Positions 33,848 through 42,965 of a DNA stretch of 49,101 nucleotides are shown here, piece by piece. The notes under the pieces are model-generated. The model saw only the letters and a list, made by a program, of their open reading frames with translations. It had not been told where the DNA came from and made no database searches. Position numbers and translations under genes: made by a program. The stretch is from the UHGV virus genome UHGV-0209788, one strand, 5' to 3'. The stretch is from a virus. The number at the start of each line of letters is the position of its first letter. Position 1 is the stretch's first letter.

Positions 33848-34487
33848 GCCATCCCGCCGTAAGTGCAAAGTATGCGGTGAATACTTCGTGCCGAAGTTCC
33901 ATGATATTCGGATCCGCTGGTGCTGCCCGGAACACGGCGCAATCCTCGCAATGGAAGAACGCGAAAAGGAGAAGGTGAAAGCCGCCGCTAAGCGAATCAA
34001 GGAGCAGAAAGAGGTAGAGAAGGCCGGGCGCAAACGCCGCAAGGCCAAGCGCGAGTCACTCAAATCTAAATCTCAGTGGGATAAAGAGGCTCAATCAGCT
34101 TTCAATCGCTACATCAGGATCCGCGATGAAGGTAAGCCATGTGTCAGCTGCGGCAATCCACTTATTGGCAAAAGCAATTACCTAACTGGAAGCGCCATTG
34201 ACGCCAGCCATTACCGTTCGCGTGGTGCGGCCTCACATCTGAAATTCAACACATTCAACGTACATAGTGCCTGCACACGCTGTAATCGCCAGTTGAGCGG
34301 CAATGCTGTCGAGTATCGCATCCGTCTTATCGACCGCATTGGCCTGGAACGAGTTGAGCGTCTTGAGTCTAACAACGAGCCGCGCCGGTTCGATATCCCA
34401 TATCTGAAGCGCATCAAATCCATATTCACCCGCAAAGCCCGGTCGCTGGAGAAGCGCCGCGCACGTCAACAGGAGCACGCAGCATGA
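33840..34487 (+). CDS. ninG: NinG (Rap) recombination protein
   Basis: Collinear with lambda NinG, including the Cys clusters (CKVCGEYF...WCCPEHG, CVSCGNP, CTRCNR) and the basic tail. Confidence 0.85.
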   Translation: MRKPSRRKCKVCGEYFVPKFHDIRIRWCCPEHGAILAMEEREKEKVKAAAKRIKEQKEVEKAGRKRRKAKRESLKSKSQWDKEAQSAFNRYIRIRDEGKPCVSCGNPLIGKSNYLTGSAIDASHYRSRGAASHLKFNTFNVHSACTRCNRQLSGNAVEYRIRLIDRIGLERVERLESNNEPRRFDIPYLKRIKSIFTRKARSLEKRRARQQEHAA

Positions 34488-34708
34488 GCAAAATACAGTA
34501 CCCAATGACTACCGCTGCTGTCTTTGATGACGTGGTGTATCCGATCCATCTTGATGGAGCTCACCAGATAGAGCGCGAGGTATCCGGCGCAATCAATTGG
34601 TTTTGTCGCTGGAACAATGAGGAAAAAGCTGTAGTGAAAGCGCACGTCCATTTCAGTTGCTGGGGCCTTTACCTGACGTACGAACAGCTAATGGCGGAGG
34701 CAGCATGA
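34484..34708 (+). CDS. Hypothetical nin-region protein
   Basis: ATGA-coupled 74-aa ORF. Confidence 0.4.
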   Translation: MSKIQYPMTTAAVFDDVVYPIHLDGAHQIEREVSGAINWFCRWNNEEKAVVKAHVHFSCWGLYLTYEQLMAEAA

Positions 34709-34821
34709 ACCACGCCGACTTCCTCCGGTACCAGGCAGAAAGCGTTAAGCGCGCCAGCATGCTACCAGTAGCAAAGCACAGCCAGACCAAAACCAACCAG
34801 CCTCAGAAGGAAGCCGCGTAA
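34705..34821 (+). CDS. Small hypothetical protein (38 aa)
   Basis: ATGA-coupled at both ends. Fills the gap before Q. Confidence 0.25.
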   Translation: MNHADFLRYQAESVKRASMLPVAKHSQTKTNQPQKEAA

Positions 34822-35444
34822 TGAGAAAGCTCACACCAATTTACACCATGGTTAACTTTGTCGATGACGCCCATTTCCGGCGTGTCTGGAAGCATCCTAA
34901 GAAGACCATCACAACCAAGCAACGAGCCTGGGTGCAGTACATGATGTCAGTGTGGGGCAGAATTAATCGCGGCGATGACTCACCAGCTGGCGCTGTTAAC
35001 GTTATTGGCCGCCTGATGATCCGGACTCAATGGAATCCTGATATGGGTGGACACATCGAGAGAATGGTCAACTGGCTTTATAGCGACGAGGGTGGGGCGC
35101 TGAGAGGTGAGGAACTCTATAAGAAAGCTCGCGAACTGGTCATCCCTCAATCCTCTACCAGCAACATCATCGCTCTCGCCAAAGAATCAGATGATGCAGC
35201 GTTCGTTGAAAAGGTGATGGTCAAGTTATTCCACCGTGAAAGCCCAGTCCGCGATTACGCCATTAAACGATACTGCGAACGCAACTGCACGCAAGATATA
35301 GCCAGGAAGATGCACCTGATCACCGGATTAGATATCCAGGCTTGCCGCCGCCGGGTTGTCTGGTGTGAAAAAGTATTCGAAGCAGAATTTTTCTATGCAA
35401 TGAAGCGCGAAATGGAGAATGAGATTTCTATAATTGCTGATTAA
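34821..35444 (+). CDS. Q: Late antiterminator Q
   Basis: Last gene before the pR'-like promoter. 207 aa. Not lambda-Q-like in sequence, so assigned by position. Confidence 0.55.
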   Translation: MRKLTPIYTMVNFVDDAHFRRVWKHPKKTITTKQRAWVQYMMSVWGRINRGDDSPAGAVNVIGRLMIRTQWNPDMGGHIERMVNWLYSDEGGALRGEELYKKARELVIPQSSTSNIIALAKESDDAAFVEKVMVKLFHRESPVRDYAIKRYCERNCTQDIARKMHLITGLDIQACRRRVVWCEKVFEAEFFYAMKREMENEISIIAD

Positions 35445-35467
35445 ATGAAAAATATTTCTCAAATAAC

Positions 35468-35495
35468 TTGATTTGGCGAAATAGAAGTGTATATT
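35468..35495 (+). promoter_or_regulatory. Late promoter pR' (qut region)
   Basis: -35 TTGATT, 16-nt spacer, -10 TATATT. Directly downstream of Q. Confidence 0.5.
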
Positions 35496-35766
35496 TTCAG
35501 GTATGCTCGGACGTCAAAGGCGAAAGAGCGGAGTGGTGAGATAACAGAGGCGGTGCTCACCATTGATACCGCCTAGTTGGTAACTTCGACGGTTCGTCTG
35601 GAACTCCAACCATCGCATGCTGAGAGGTCTGCTGACACTACGGAAAGACGTGTAGGCTAGCTGAGATAAGCCGTTATGAGGACTTGGGATGCGTCAAGTC
35701 GGAGGCTCAGCCATAGAACCGCATATAAACATCAAGCCACTGGTTAACGCCGGTGGCTTTTTATTT
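35496..35766 (+). ncRNA. Late leader RNA (lambda 6S-RNA analogue, about 270 nt) with predicted stable structures
   Basis: No ORF longer than 13 codons between pR' and tR'. Interleaved stems GGTGAG/CTCACC and GGCGGT/ACCGCC (35535-35573) suggest a pseudoknot. Confidence 0.4.
35735..35766 (+). terminator. tR' terminator
   Basis: Hairpin AGCCAC...GTGGCT followed by TTTTTATTT. Confidence 0.55.
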
Positions 35767-35840
35767 GCCTGTAGCTCAGAGGAAAGAGCAACCGCCTTCT
35801 AAGCGGTTGGTAGCTGGTTCGAATCCAGCCAGGCGAGCCA
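35765..35840 (+). tRNA. tRNA-Arg (anticodon UCU)
   Basis: 76-nt cloverleaf. Acceptor TTGCCTG/CAGGCGA with one G-U pair, D-arm GCTC-AGAGGAAA-GAGC, anticodon arm ACCGC-CTTCTAA-GCGGT, T-arm GCTGG-TTCGAAT-CCAGC, discriminator G, CCA. Resembles argU. U1 is unusual. Confidence 0.8.
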
Positions 35841-36154
35841 TCAGCAAAACAAGTCGTCATCTCGGCGGCTTTATCTTGCATCAGGTGCATAACTGAATTC
35901 GCGAATACGTTATGCCGTCCGCTCCACGAAACGGAGTGCACAACAGGAAAGAGCATTTGTAGGGTTCGACTCCCTGCCGTGGGGTTGCGCCACATGATGC
36001 GAGTCATGAGTGCTCTGTCCGTTGTGGTGAATGTCCTGATGGCGTCGTAAAGCGATAGCCGTGAATGCCGGATAGCAGCGCCGGCCACCACAAACCAAAC
36101 CCACTACCTGGGACCCTTCGGCCAGAGAGCCGACACTGCCTTACCCTCACATTG

Positions 36155-36178
36155 CCAGCCTGTCGCTGGCTTTTTTAT
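36155..36178 (+). terminator. Rho-independent terminator upstream of the lysis cassette
   Basis: Hairpin GCCAGC-ctgtc-GCTGGC followed by a T6 run. Confidence 0.5.
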
Positions 36179-36260
36179 TTTCAGGCTCCGGGAACCATCA
36201 TCGACACGCCTACTTGTTAAATCGTCCCGAGGGCCTGAACCAACTACACACGGAATAAAT

Positions 36261-36662
36261 ATGTCTGAGACCTTCACTATCGTAGGCGTTGGTCTTACAT
36301 CGTCATCAGTCGGTGTAACCTTTGCCACGCTGTTTCCGGAGGCGACTCCAGCAGTGATGCTCGGATCACTCGCCGGAACGGCGCTATACGTTCTGACCTC
36401 AGATCCCCATCAACTCTGGAAGCAGGCTATCTTTGCGCTGATATCGTTTATCAGTGGCGTGTTCTTCTCCGTTCCCATGGCGAAAATCATGGCCGGAATC
36501 ATCAACACGCCGTTAAGCCTGATGAAGCCACCGGCCAGCATTGAGGTATCGCCAGCTGTCGGTGCAATTGTCACTGCTTCCATTTCCGTGGCAGTCCTGC
36601 TGCGTATTCTCCGCAAATCCAAAAGCGGGAAGATGCCAGGGCTGGGGGAGGAAGATAAATGA
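36261..36662 (+). CDS. Putative holin / lysis membrane protein
   Basis: Multiple TM helices. First gene of the lysis cluster. Confidence 0.5.
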   Translation: MSETFTIVGVGLTSSSVGVTFATLFPEATPAVMLGSLAGTALYVLTSDPHQLWKQAIFALISFISGVFFSVPMAKIMAGIINTPLSLMKPPASIEVSPAVGAIVTASISVAVLLRILRKSKSGKMPGLGEEDK

Positions 36663-36934
36663 CATGGCAGCTTCTTCTGATGGATGCAAACGCCATAGTT
36701 TGCCTGTTAATCATGGTCAGGCTGATGTTTTTCCGAAAAGAGGGAAAGCGTCATCGCCTGAGTGTCGCGGTGCTGGCCTATCTGGTCATCCTTGCCGCCG
36801 GATTCAACGCCTTCAACATTCTGCTCGGCCACTACGTACAGGTTAACCTCGGCGATCTGCTGCTTAACTCCGTCATCTGCATGGCGGTGTGGCTGGCACG
36901 CGGGAACCTGGCGAAGGTCGTCATTACGGAATAG
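36659..36934 (+). CDS. Putative holin (3 TM)
   Basis: 91 aa with three hydrophobic helices and a charged C-terminus. ATGA-coupled. Confidence 0.55.
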   Translation: MTWQLLLMDANAIVCLLIMVRLMFFRKEGKRHRLSVAVLAYLVILAAGFNAFNILLGHYVQVNLGDLLLNSVICMAVWLARGNLAKVVITE

Positions 36935-36936
36935 CC

Positions 36937-37479
36937 ATGACCAAAGACGATATCTTTAACACTATCCTCGGCAAAGAGGGCGGTTATGTTGATCACCCGA
37001 ATGATAAGGGCGGACCAACGAACTGGGGAATTACTCAGGCAACTGCACGCGCGCATGGTTATACCGGTGATATGCGAAACCTTACACGTGAGCAGGCTCT
37101 GGCGATCCTTGAGTCTGATTACTGGTATGGCCCGCGCTTTGACCAGGTGGCAGAAGTATCCCCTTCCATTGCCGCCGAACTTTGCGATACCGGTGTGAAC
37201 ATGGGGCCATCGGTGCAGGTTAAATGGTTCCAGCGCTGGCTGAACGTTTTCAATAACCAGCAGCAGTTCTATCCGGATCTGATCGCCGACGGCCAGATCG
37301 GCCCGCGTAGCATCAGCGCGCTGAAGTCCTTCCTGGCGAAACGAGGCGGAGAAGGGGAAATCGTATTGCTTCGCGCACTGAACTGTAGCCAGGGCCAGCG
37401 TTATCTTGAGCTGGCAGAACAGCGACCGGCTAACGAGTCATTCGTTTATGGCTGGATGCGCGAGCGGGTGAGCCTATGA
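36937..37479 (+). CDS. Endolysin, glycoside hydrolase family 108 with C-terminal peptidoglycan-binding domain
   Basis: TKDDIFNTILGKEGGYVDHPNDKGGPTNWGIT is the GH108 N-terminal signature, followed by a PG_binding_3-like C-terminus. Confidence 0.85.
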   Translation: MTKDDIFNTILGKEGGYVDHPNDKGGPTNWGITQATARAHGYTGDMRNLTREQALAILESDYWYGPRFDQVAEVSPSIAAELCDTGVNMGPSVQVKWFQRWLNVFNNQQQFYPDLIADGQIGPRSISALKSFLAKRGGEGEIVLLRALNCSQGQRYLELAEQRPANESFVYGWMRERVSL

Positions 37480-37754
37480 CGACACTTAAATCTGTACTGG
37501 CGGCAATCGGGGTTGCGATCCTGATGGTGCTTGGTGCCTTTGGTCTGGGCCGTTTTCGCGGGCGTGAAGATGCTGAAGAAAAAGCCGACCAGCAGCGCAC
37601 AGAAGAAAAGGCCGCAGCCATTGAGTCAGTAGCCGAACGCCGTGTAGAAGCAACGAAAGAGGCCAGCAATGTACAGCAGAATGTTAACCGCATGCCTGAT
37701 GACGATGTTGATCGCGAGCTGCGTGACACGTGGAAGCGTCCCGGTGGTGGTTGA
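37476..37754 (+). CDS. i-spanin (Rz-like)
   Basis: N-terminal TM followed by a charged coiled coil. ATGA-coupled to the endolysin. Confidence 0.7.
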   Translation: MTTLKSVLAAIGVAILMVLGAFGLGRFRGREDAEEKADQQRTEEKAAAIESVAERRVEATKEASNVQQNVNRMPDDDVDRELRDTWKRPGGG

Positions 37755-37887
37755 TACAGCCTGTGACTGGGTAAAGCCAATCTACCTTACTGATCACGAC
37801 ATTGATGTTCTTGACCGCCAGACGAAACGCGACATCCTGGCGCATAACAAAGCGTGGCAGGCAAACTGCCAGAAAACAAAAGAATAG
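37669..37887 (+). CDS. o-spanin (Rz1-like lipoprotein), partly embedded in the +1 frame of Rz
   Basis: Lipobox LIASC and a Pro/Cys-containing periplasmic domain. Overlaps the Rz 3' end. Exact start uncertain (37669, 37681 or 37699). Confidence 0.65.
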   Translation: MYSRMLTACLMTMLIASCVTRGSVPVVVDTACDWVKPIYLTDHDIDVLDRQTKRDILAHNKAWQANCQKTKE

Positions 37888-37986
37888 GGGGCAAAGTGAC
37901 GAAAACCAACCAGTGCAGTGAAGGTTTCGACAATCCATCCAGGTTCCGTGAGGAATGGGATAAGCAGACCCAGGGGAAATAGCACA

Positions 37987-38196
37987 ATGGGTACTTTAAT
38001 CAAGGGCTGGAAAGTAATGCTCCTCACTAAGGATGGTCACGATTCTGGAAAGGCACCTGAGCAGGTCGGCTGGCAAAGCACCAATGAGCCAGACATTCGC
38101 GATGGGGTGCTGATTATTAAAAATGGACTGGACACCCACGGCGTACCGCTCAACATCATTCACGGCTTCAGCATCGAAGCTGTAAAAGCTGAATGA
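37987..38196 (+). CDS. Hypothetical protein
   Basis: 69 aa from ATG 37987. Confidence 0.35.
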   Translation: MGTLIKGWKVMLLTKDGHDSGKAPEQVGWQSTNEPDIRDGVLIIKNGLDTHGVPLNIIHGFSIEAVKAE

Positions 38197-38342
38197 CATT
38201 ACAGAAGCTCTTCACTGAGGGGCTTCGATAATGATCTGTGTAACCCCGCAAGGATGGTGATCACATCTTGCTGACGGGTAAGCCGTAAGTGGCTAAGCAC
38301 TTCTGAGAAGCAGGGCAACAGCTGCGACACGTGGAGAACGAA

Positions 38343-38546
38343 ATGGCTACCGTTTACAGAATCACAATCACCAAAAAATCCAAAGAGTCTTTTACGGGGC
38401 TCATGACCCGCAGCCAGCCTGAGATCGTCAATGGCTATGTCGCTCTGGCAATGGATGACGGCAAATGGCGCTACTTCAGCCAGGACAGCATTGATGACTT
38501 CCTGTTTGAGCCTGTAGAGCAGCCAGCAGAACAAACGACGGAGTAA
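38343..38546 (+). CDS. Hypothetical protein
   Basis: GTGGAG RBS. 67 aa. Confidence 0.4.
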   Translation: MATVYRITITKKSKESFTGLMTRSQPEIVNGYVALAMDDGKWRYFSQDSIDDFLFEPVEQPAEQTTE

Positions 38547-38549
38547 TCC

Positions 38550-39188
38550 ATGGCTAACGATGACGAACGCAGGCCATATCCGCCAGTTAACTTCATCGAC
38601 TCCGAGAGCTGGCAGCCATACACCCGGCTCATTCCCGCAAATGAAGTGCATGAGTGGGTAAGCCGCCAAATCCTCAGCGATTCCGGCAGCATCCATAACC
38701 CCGACCATGTGCACCTGTTAGAGGCTGACCTCTGCTTTATGTGGGCGTCTGACTCGTTCGCGAAGAAAGGACGGTATGTCCTTGGGCAGGCCGAACAGGT
38801 AATGCTCCGCGCCGGTGGTTGGCAGAAAGCCAGAATGGAACAGCAGATGCATGAATGGTTCGGGCGAATCCCGAAGTTCATCATCACGCTGGCGGCTGAT
38901 TACTGCTCACAATGCAATGACCTCGAATTCTGTGCACTGGTAGAGCATGAGCTTTACCACATCGCACAGGCCACGGATGATTTCGGCGCGCCAAAGTTCA
39001 AAAAAGAGACCGGGCAGCCAGTGCTCACACTGCGCGGCCATGATGTCGAAGAATTCACTGGTGTCGTACGTCGATACGGTGCCAGCAAAGAAGTACAGGA
39101 GCTCGTTGATGCGGCCAATGCGCCAGCAGAAGTGGCTCACATCGATATAGCCAGGTCATGCGGGACGTGTATGTTGAAGCTGGCATAG
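38550..39188 (+). CDS. Putative phage metallopeptidase (HExxH)
   Basis: VEHELYHIAQ zinc-metalloprotease motif. Located just upstream of terminase. Confidence 0.55.
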   Translation: MANDDERRPYPPVNFIDSESWQPYTRLIPANEVHEWVSRQILSDSGSIHNPDHVHLLEADLCFMWASDSFAKKGRYVLGQAEQVMLRAGGWQKARMEQQMHEWFGRIPKFIITLAADYCSQCNDLEFCALVEHELYHIAQATDDFGAPKFKKETGQPVLTLRGHDVEEFTGVVRRYGASKEVQELVDAANAPAEVAHIDIARSCGTCMLKLA

Positions 39189-39218
39189 ACTTTATTAGGA
39201 TTGTCATGGAGGTAACCG

Positions 39219-39677
39219 ATGGCAGCATTATCGACAGAGGTTAAAGCCTTCATCGTTCAATCGCTCGCCTGCTACGAGCCGCCAGTAAAAGTCATTGAGC
39301 TTGTAAAGGCTGAATACGGCATCGATGTCTCACGGCAGCAGGTGTCGCAATATACGCCAGGCAACGCAATGGCGGCCAAGTTGAGCCAGAAGTGGATCGA
39401 CCTGTTCAATACCACCCGTAAACGATTCCAGAATGAGATCGCCGACATACCGATCGCAAATAAAGCGTACCGGTTGCGTGTTCTCGACAGAATGGCGACC
39501 AATGCTGAAAAGATGAAGAACTACGGCATGACCTCTCAACTTATCGAGCAGGCCGCCAAAGAAATGGGCGATGCTTACTCTAATCGCCAGAAAGTCGAGC
39601 ATACAAGCCCTGATGGCAGCATGACGCCGCAGCCAACAATCATCCAGCTACTGCCTGTTGAGCCAAAGCATGAGTAA
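39219..39677 (+). CDS. Terminase small subunit (by position)
   Basis: 152 aa. GGAGG RBS. Immediately upstream of and overlapping the large terminase gene. Confidence 0.5.
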   Translation: MAALSTEVKAFIVQSLACYEPPVKVIELVKAEYGIDVSRQQVSQYTPGNAMAAKLSQKWIDLFNTTRKRFQNEIADIPIANKAYRLRVLDRMATNAEKMKNYGMTSQLIEQAAKEMGDAYSNRQKVEHTSPDGSMTPQPTIIQLLPVEPKHE

Positions 39678-40923
39678 CGCCGTTCAATTGCCGATCCCCG
39701 CGAAGCTTGCGCCACTGTTCACCGCGGTGAATAAGCGTTACCGGTGCTCGCACGGTGGACGTGGCAGCGCCAAGACGCGCACATTTGCCCTGATGACTGC
39801 CGTAAAGGCGTATCAGTCGATGATGAACGGTGAAAGCGGCGTGGTGCTCTGCGCGCGTGAATTCATGAACTCTCTGGAAGAATCGAGCATGCAGGAGGTG
39901 AAACAGGCGATCCTGTCTGTCCCCTGGCTGGCTTCCAACTTTGATATCGGCGAGAAGTACATCCGCACCATCGACAAGAGTGTTAACTACGTGTTCTGTG
40001 GTCTGCGGCATAACCTCGACAGCATCAAGTCGAAAGCGCGCATCCTGCTGTGCTGGGTCGACGAGGCCGAATCAGTCAGCGAAATAGCCTGGCAGAAGCT
40101 GAGCCCTACCGTTCGTGAGGAAGGTTCAGAGATTTGGGTGACGTGGAACCCGGAGCGCGACGGTAGTGCCACGGATAAGCGTTTCCGTAAAGAAGCTGGT
40201 GACGACTGCATCACCGTTGAAATGAACTACACGGATAACCCGTGGTTCCCAGACGTGCTGGAAGGTGAGCGACAGAACGATCAGCGCCGCCTAGACCCGG
40301 CAACTTACGCATGGGTGTGGGAAGGTGCCTATCTCGAAAACTCCGATAAACAGGTGCTGTCCGGGAAATACCGGATCGCTGAGTTCTCGGAAAACCTCTG
40401 GAAAGAAGCTGAGCGCCTGTTCTTCGGTGCTGACTTCGGTTTCGCCAAAGACCCTAACACGCTGGTGCGTTCGTTCATCCTGCATAACCGGCTGTACATC
40501 GAATACGAGGCGTACGGTCAGCAAACTGAGCTCGATCACATGCCGGAGTTGTACGACACGATTCCAGGCGCGCGAGACTGGCCCATCAAGGCCGACTCTG
40601 CGCGCCCTGAGACAATCAGCTATCTCAAGCGGCAGGGCTTCAACATCTCAGCTGCCGAGAAGTGGCAGGGAAGCGTTGAGGACGGGATCGCCCATCTTCG
40701 CGGCTTCGACGAAATCATTATCCATCCTCGCTGCAAGAACGTGGCGCGCGAGGCCCGTATGTGGTCGTATAAAACTGACCGCATCACCGGCGAGGTGTTA
40801 CCGAAGCTCGCCGATGGCTATGAGCACTGCTGGGACGGTATCCGCTACAGCCTCGACGGTCACATTAAGCGCAAGGGCAAGATGGCAGGGATGATGATTC
40901 CAAAGCGCCTGCAAGGGCGTTAA
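39670..40923 (+). CDS. Terminase large subunit
   Basis: Walker A-like GGRGSAKT, ATPase and RNaseH-like nuclease motifs (CWVDEAE...). About 418 aa. Start at ATG 39670, since the track ORF begins with TTG at 39658. Confidence 0.9.
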   Translation: MSNAVQLPIPAKLAPLFTAVNKRYRCSHGGRGSAKTRTFALMTAVKAYQSMMNGESGVVLCAREFMNSLEESSMQEVKQAILSVPWLASNFDIGEKYIRTIDKSVNYVFCGLRHNLDSIKSKARILLCWVDEAESVSEIAWQKLSPTVREEGSEIWVTWNPERDGSATDKRFRKEAGDDCITVEMNYTDNPWFPDVLEGERQNDQRRLDPATYAWVWEGAYLENSDKQVLSGKYRIAEFSENLWKEAERLFFGADFGFAKDPNTLVRSFILHNRLYIEYEAYGQQTELDHMPELYDTIPGARDWPIKADSARPETISYLKRQGFNISAAEKWQGSVEDGIAHLRGFDEIIIHPRCKNVAREARMWSYKTDRITGEVLPKLADGYEHCWDGIRYSLDGHIKRKGKMAGMMIPKRLQGR

Positions 40924-41016
40924 ACTGAGTAATAGGTGGCTAGGGTAGCTCCCGAAGAGCGGCATCGTCACCGCCTGCCACTCCTACATTGACGAGCAAC
41001 TAAGACGAGGTTGTGT

Positions 41017-41220
41017 ATGAGCAAAGCAAAGATTAACAATACTGTTCGCATCTCATTCACCGTGATTGATGAAAATGGTGAAGAAACTTTAAATCGCGAT
41101 TACTTTCTGCCGTTTGAGAAAATTAAGCAGGCGAGTTTCCCTGTTCTTCCTGACGTTGCGCAGACTGAGGCGCAAAAGTTTCACGAAGCTGCTGTGATGA
41201 TGGACTGCTTTGGAAAGTAG
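41017..41220 (+). CDS. Small hypothetical protein
   Basis: GAGG RBS. Lies between terminase and portal. Confidence 0.35.
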   Translation: MSKAKINNTVRISFTVIDENGEETLNRDYFLPFEKIKQASFPVLPDVAQTEAQKFHEAAVMMDCFGK

Positions 41221-41229
41221 GAGCTTCAC

Positions 41230-41385
41230 ATGAAAGTATGGGTTGTAATCTCAGGCACTCCGTACGAATCGTCGGAAGCTATCGAAGGTGTCTACTCCTC
41301 TGAAGAAAAAGCAGAAGAAAAGCTTTCAACGCTCAAGAATGACTCTCTCAACTACGCATACATGGAAGAGTGTGAGGTCGAATAA
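41230..41385 (+). CDS. Small acidic hypothetical protein (51 aa)
   Basis: TAGGAG RBS. Confidence 0.35.
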   Translation: MKVWVVISGTPYESSEAIEGVYSSEEKAEEKLSTLKNDSLNYAYMEECEVE

Positions 41386-41402
41386 CAAAACCAAACAAAG
41401 AT

Positions 41403-41428
41403 AGGTCGCCTCGGCGGCCTTTTTTATT
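41403..41428 (+). terminator. Rho-independent terminator (member of a repeated family)
   Basis: AGGTCGCC-tcg-GCGGCCT followed by TTTTTTATTGCC. Confidence 0.6.
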
Positions 41429-41455
41429 GCCATAAATCCAAGTAAAGGATGCAAC

Positions 41456-41632
41456 ATGACCTTAATAGCGTCGCTCGTTGCGCTTCTTATAGTGGCGTTT
41501 GTGATTGTGATGAGCTGGACAGGTCATGCTGCTCCTATTCCTCCCAGGCGCAAGCCTAAACCTTTGAGCGGATATCAGCCAACACGAACAGCCAAATCAG
41601 GAAAAGTATTGCCGCCACCTAAAAATCGCTAA
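41456..41632 (+). CDS. Small single-TM protein with basic Pro-rich tail (58 aa)
   Basis: MTLIASLVALLIVAFVIVMSW. AAGGA RBS. Directly upstream of portal. Confidence 0.35.
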   Translation: MTLIASLVALLIVAFVIVMSWTGHAAPIPPRRKPKPLSGYQPTRTAKSGKVLPPPKNR

Positions 41633-41642
41633 CGGACAAACC

Positions 41643-42965
41643 ATGACTGACAAATTAACTCTCGCCGTCAACCATGCGTTGAACGATGCGCGGATGGCTC
41701 GCGCCCGTATGGGGGTGATGGCGCCTACAATGGGGCTGGACAATAAGCGCCATTCAGCATGGTGCGAGTATGGCTTCCCTGAGCAGGTCACCTACGAAAA
41801 CCTCTACGCCCTGTACCGTCGCGGTGGTATCGCTCACGGTGCCGTTGAGAAGCTGGTGGGCAAATGCTGGCAGACTAACCCGGAAATCATCGAGGGTGAC
41901 GATGCCGACGAGAGCGAAAACGAAACCGCCTGGGAAAACAAGTCAAAGCAGGTATTCAACAACCGGTTCTGGCGCTCATTTGCCGAGGCGGATCGCCGTC
42001 GCCTTGTCGGTCGTTATGCAGGAATCCTTCTGCACATCCGCGACGAAAAAGACTGGAGCCTTCCGGTTACCAAAGGGCGAGGTCTTCAGAAAATATCTGT
42101 GGCGTGGGCCGGATCGCTCACGGTGAGCGAGTGGGACACTGGCCTGAACTCGAATACGTACGGTCAGCCGAAAATGTGGCAGTACGCCGAACGCTTGCCG
42201 AATGGCTCAAGCCGCCGCGTTAATATCCATCCCGACCGCGTTTTCATCCTTGGTGATTACTCAGACGATGCTATTGGCTTCCTTGAGCCAGCTTATAACG
42301 CCTTTGTGAGCCTGGAGAAGGTAGAGGGCGGGTCTGGTGAGTCATTCCTGAAGAACGCCGCTCGCCAGTTAGCACTTAGTTTCGACAAGGAAATCGACTT
42401 TGGCAGCATTGCATCTATGTACGGCGTTAAAGTAGATGAGTTGCAGGATAAATTTAATGACGCTGCTCGCGAGATGAATCGCGGAAATGATGTGCTGCTT
42501 TCTCTCCAGGGGGCCAGCGTAACCTCCCTCGTTTCTCCGGTTTCTGATCCGTCTCCAACCTATAACGTAAACCTGCAAACGGCTGCCGCCGGTGTTGATA
42601 TCCCGACGCGCATTCTGGTTGGTAATCAGCAGGCCGAGCGCTCCAGCACCGAAGACCAGAAATACTTTAATGCTCGTTGTCAGTCGCGACGCGTAGACCT
42701 CTCTTTCGAAATAGAGGACTTCTGCGACAAGCTTATCGATCTACAAATCGTAGACTCAGTCAGCCAGAAGGCTGTTATCTGGGATGACCTTAACGAACAG
42801 ACCGGTACTGAGAAGCTCACTAACGCCAAGACCATGGGAGAAATTAACCAGACCATGCAGGGCAGCGGTGATGAACCAGCGTTCAGCCGTGAAGAGATTC
42901 GTACAGCTGCGGGTTATGACAATGACGACGAAGAGCCGTTAGGAGAAGAGGATGGCGACGAATAA
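41643..42965 (+). CDS. Portal protein
   Basis: 440 aa. Follows terminase and precedes the MuF-like gene. Acidic C-terminus. Confidence 0.7.
   Translation: MTDKLTLAVNHALNDARMARARMGVMAPTMGLDNKRHSAWCEYGFPEQVTYENLYALYRRGGIAHGAVEKLVGKCWQTNPEIIEGDDADESENETAWENKSKQVFNNRFWRSFAEADRRRLVGRYAGILLHIRDEKDWSLPVTKGRGLQKISVAWAGSLTVSEWDTGLNSNTYGQPKMWQYAERLPNGSSRRVNIHPDRVFILGDYSDDAIGFLEPAYNAFVSLEKVEGGSGESFLKNAARQLALSFDKEIDFGSIASMYGVKVDELQDKFNDAAREMNRGNDVLLSLQGASVTSLVSPVSDPSPTYNVNLQTAAAGVDIPTRILVGNQQAERSSTEDQKYFNARCQSRRVDLSFEIEDFCDKLIDLQIVDSVSQKAVIWDDLNEQTGTEKLTNAKTMGEINQTMQGSGDEPAFSREEIRTAAGYDNDDEEPLGEEDGDE

Noticed and set aside
35905-35995. Possible second tRNA (GGGTTCGACTCCC T-arm-like motif, ...GCGCCA end)
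   Set aside because: No acceptable acceptor stem or D-arm can be drawn. The candidate anticodon loop has C at position 33 and the variable region would be 24 nt. It is at best a degenerate tRNA remnant.
35744-36091. 115-aa minus-strand ORF overlapping the tRNA-Arg gene and tR'
   Set aside because: It runs antisense across a well-formed tRNA and terminator, has no RBS, and lies in a non-coding late leader region, so it is judged a spurious ORF.
38199-38714. 171-aa minus-strand ORF antisense to the late operon
   Set aside because: It overlaps two plus-strand genes with good RBSs (38343 and 38550) in a strictly unidirectional late transcription unit, and no promoter or RBS is seen.
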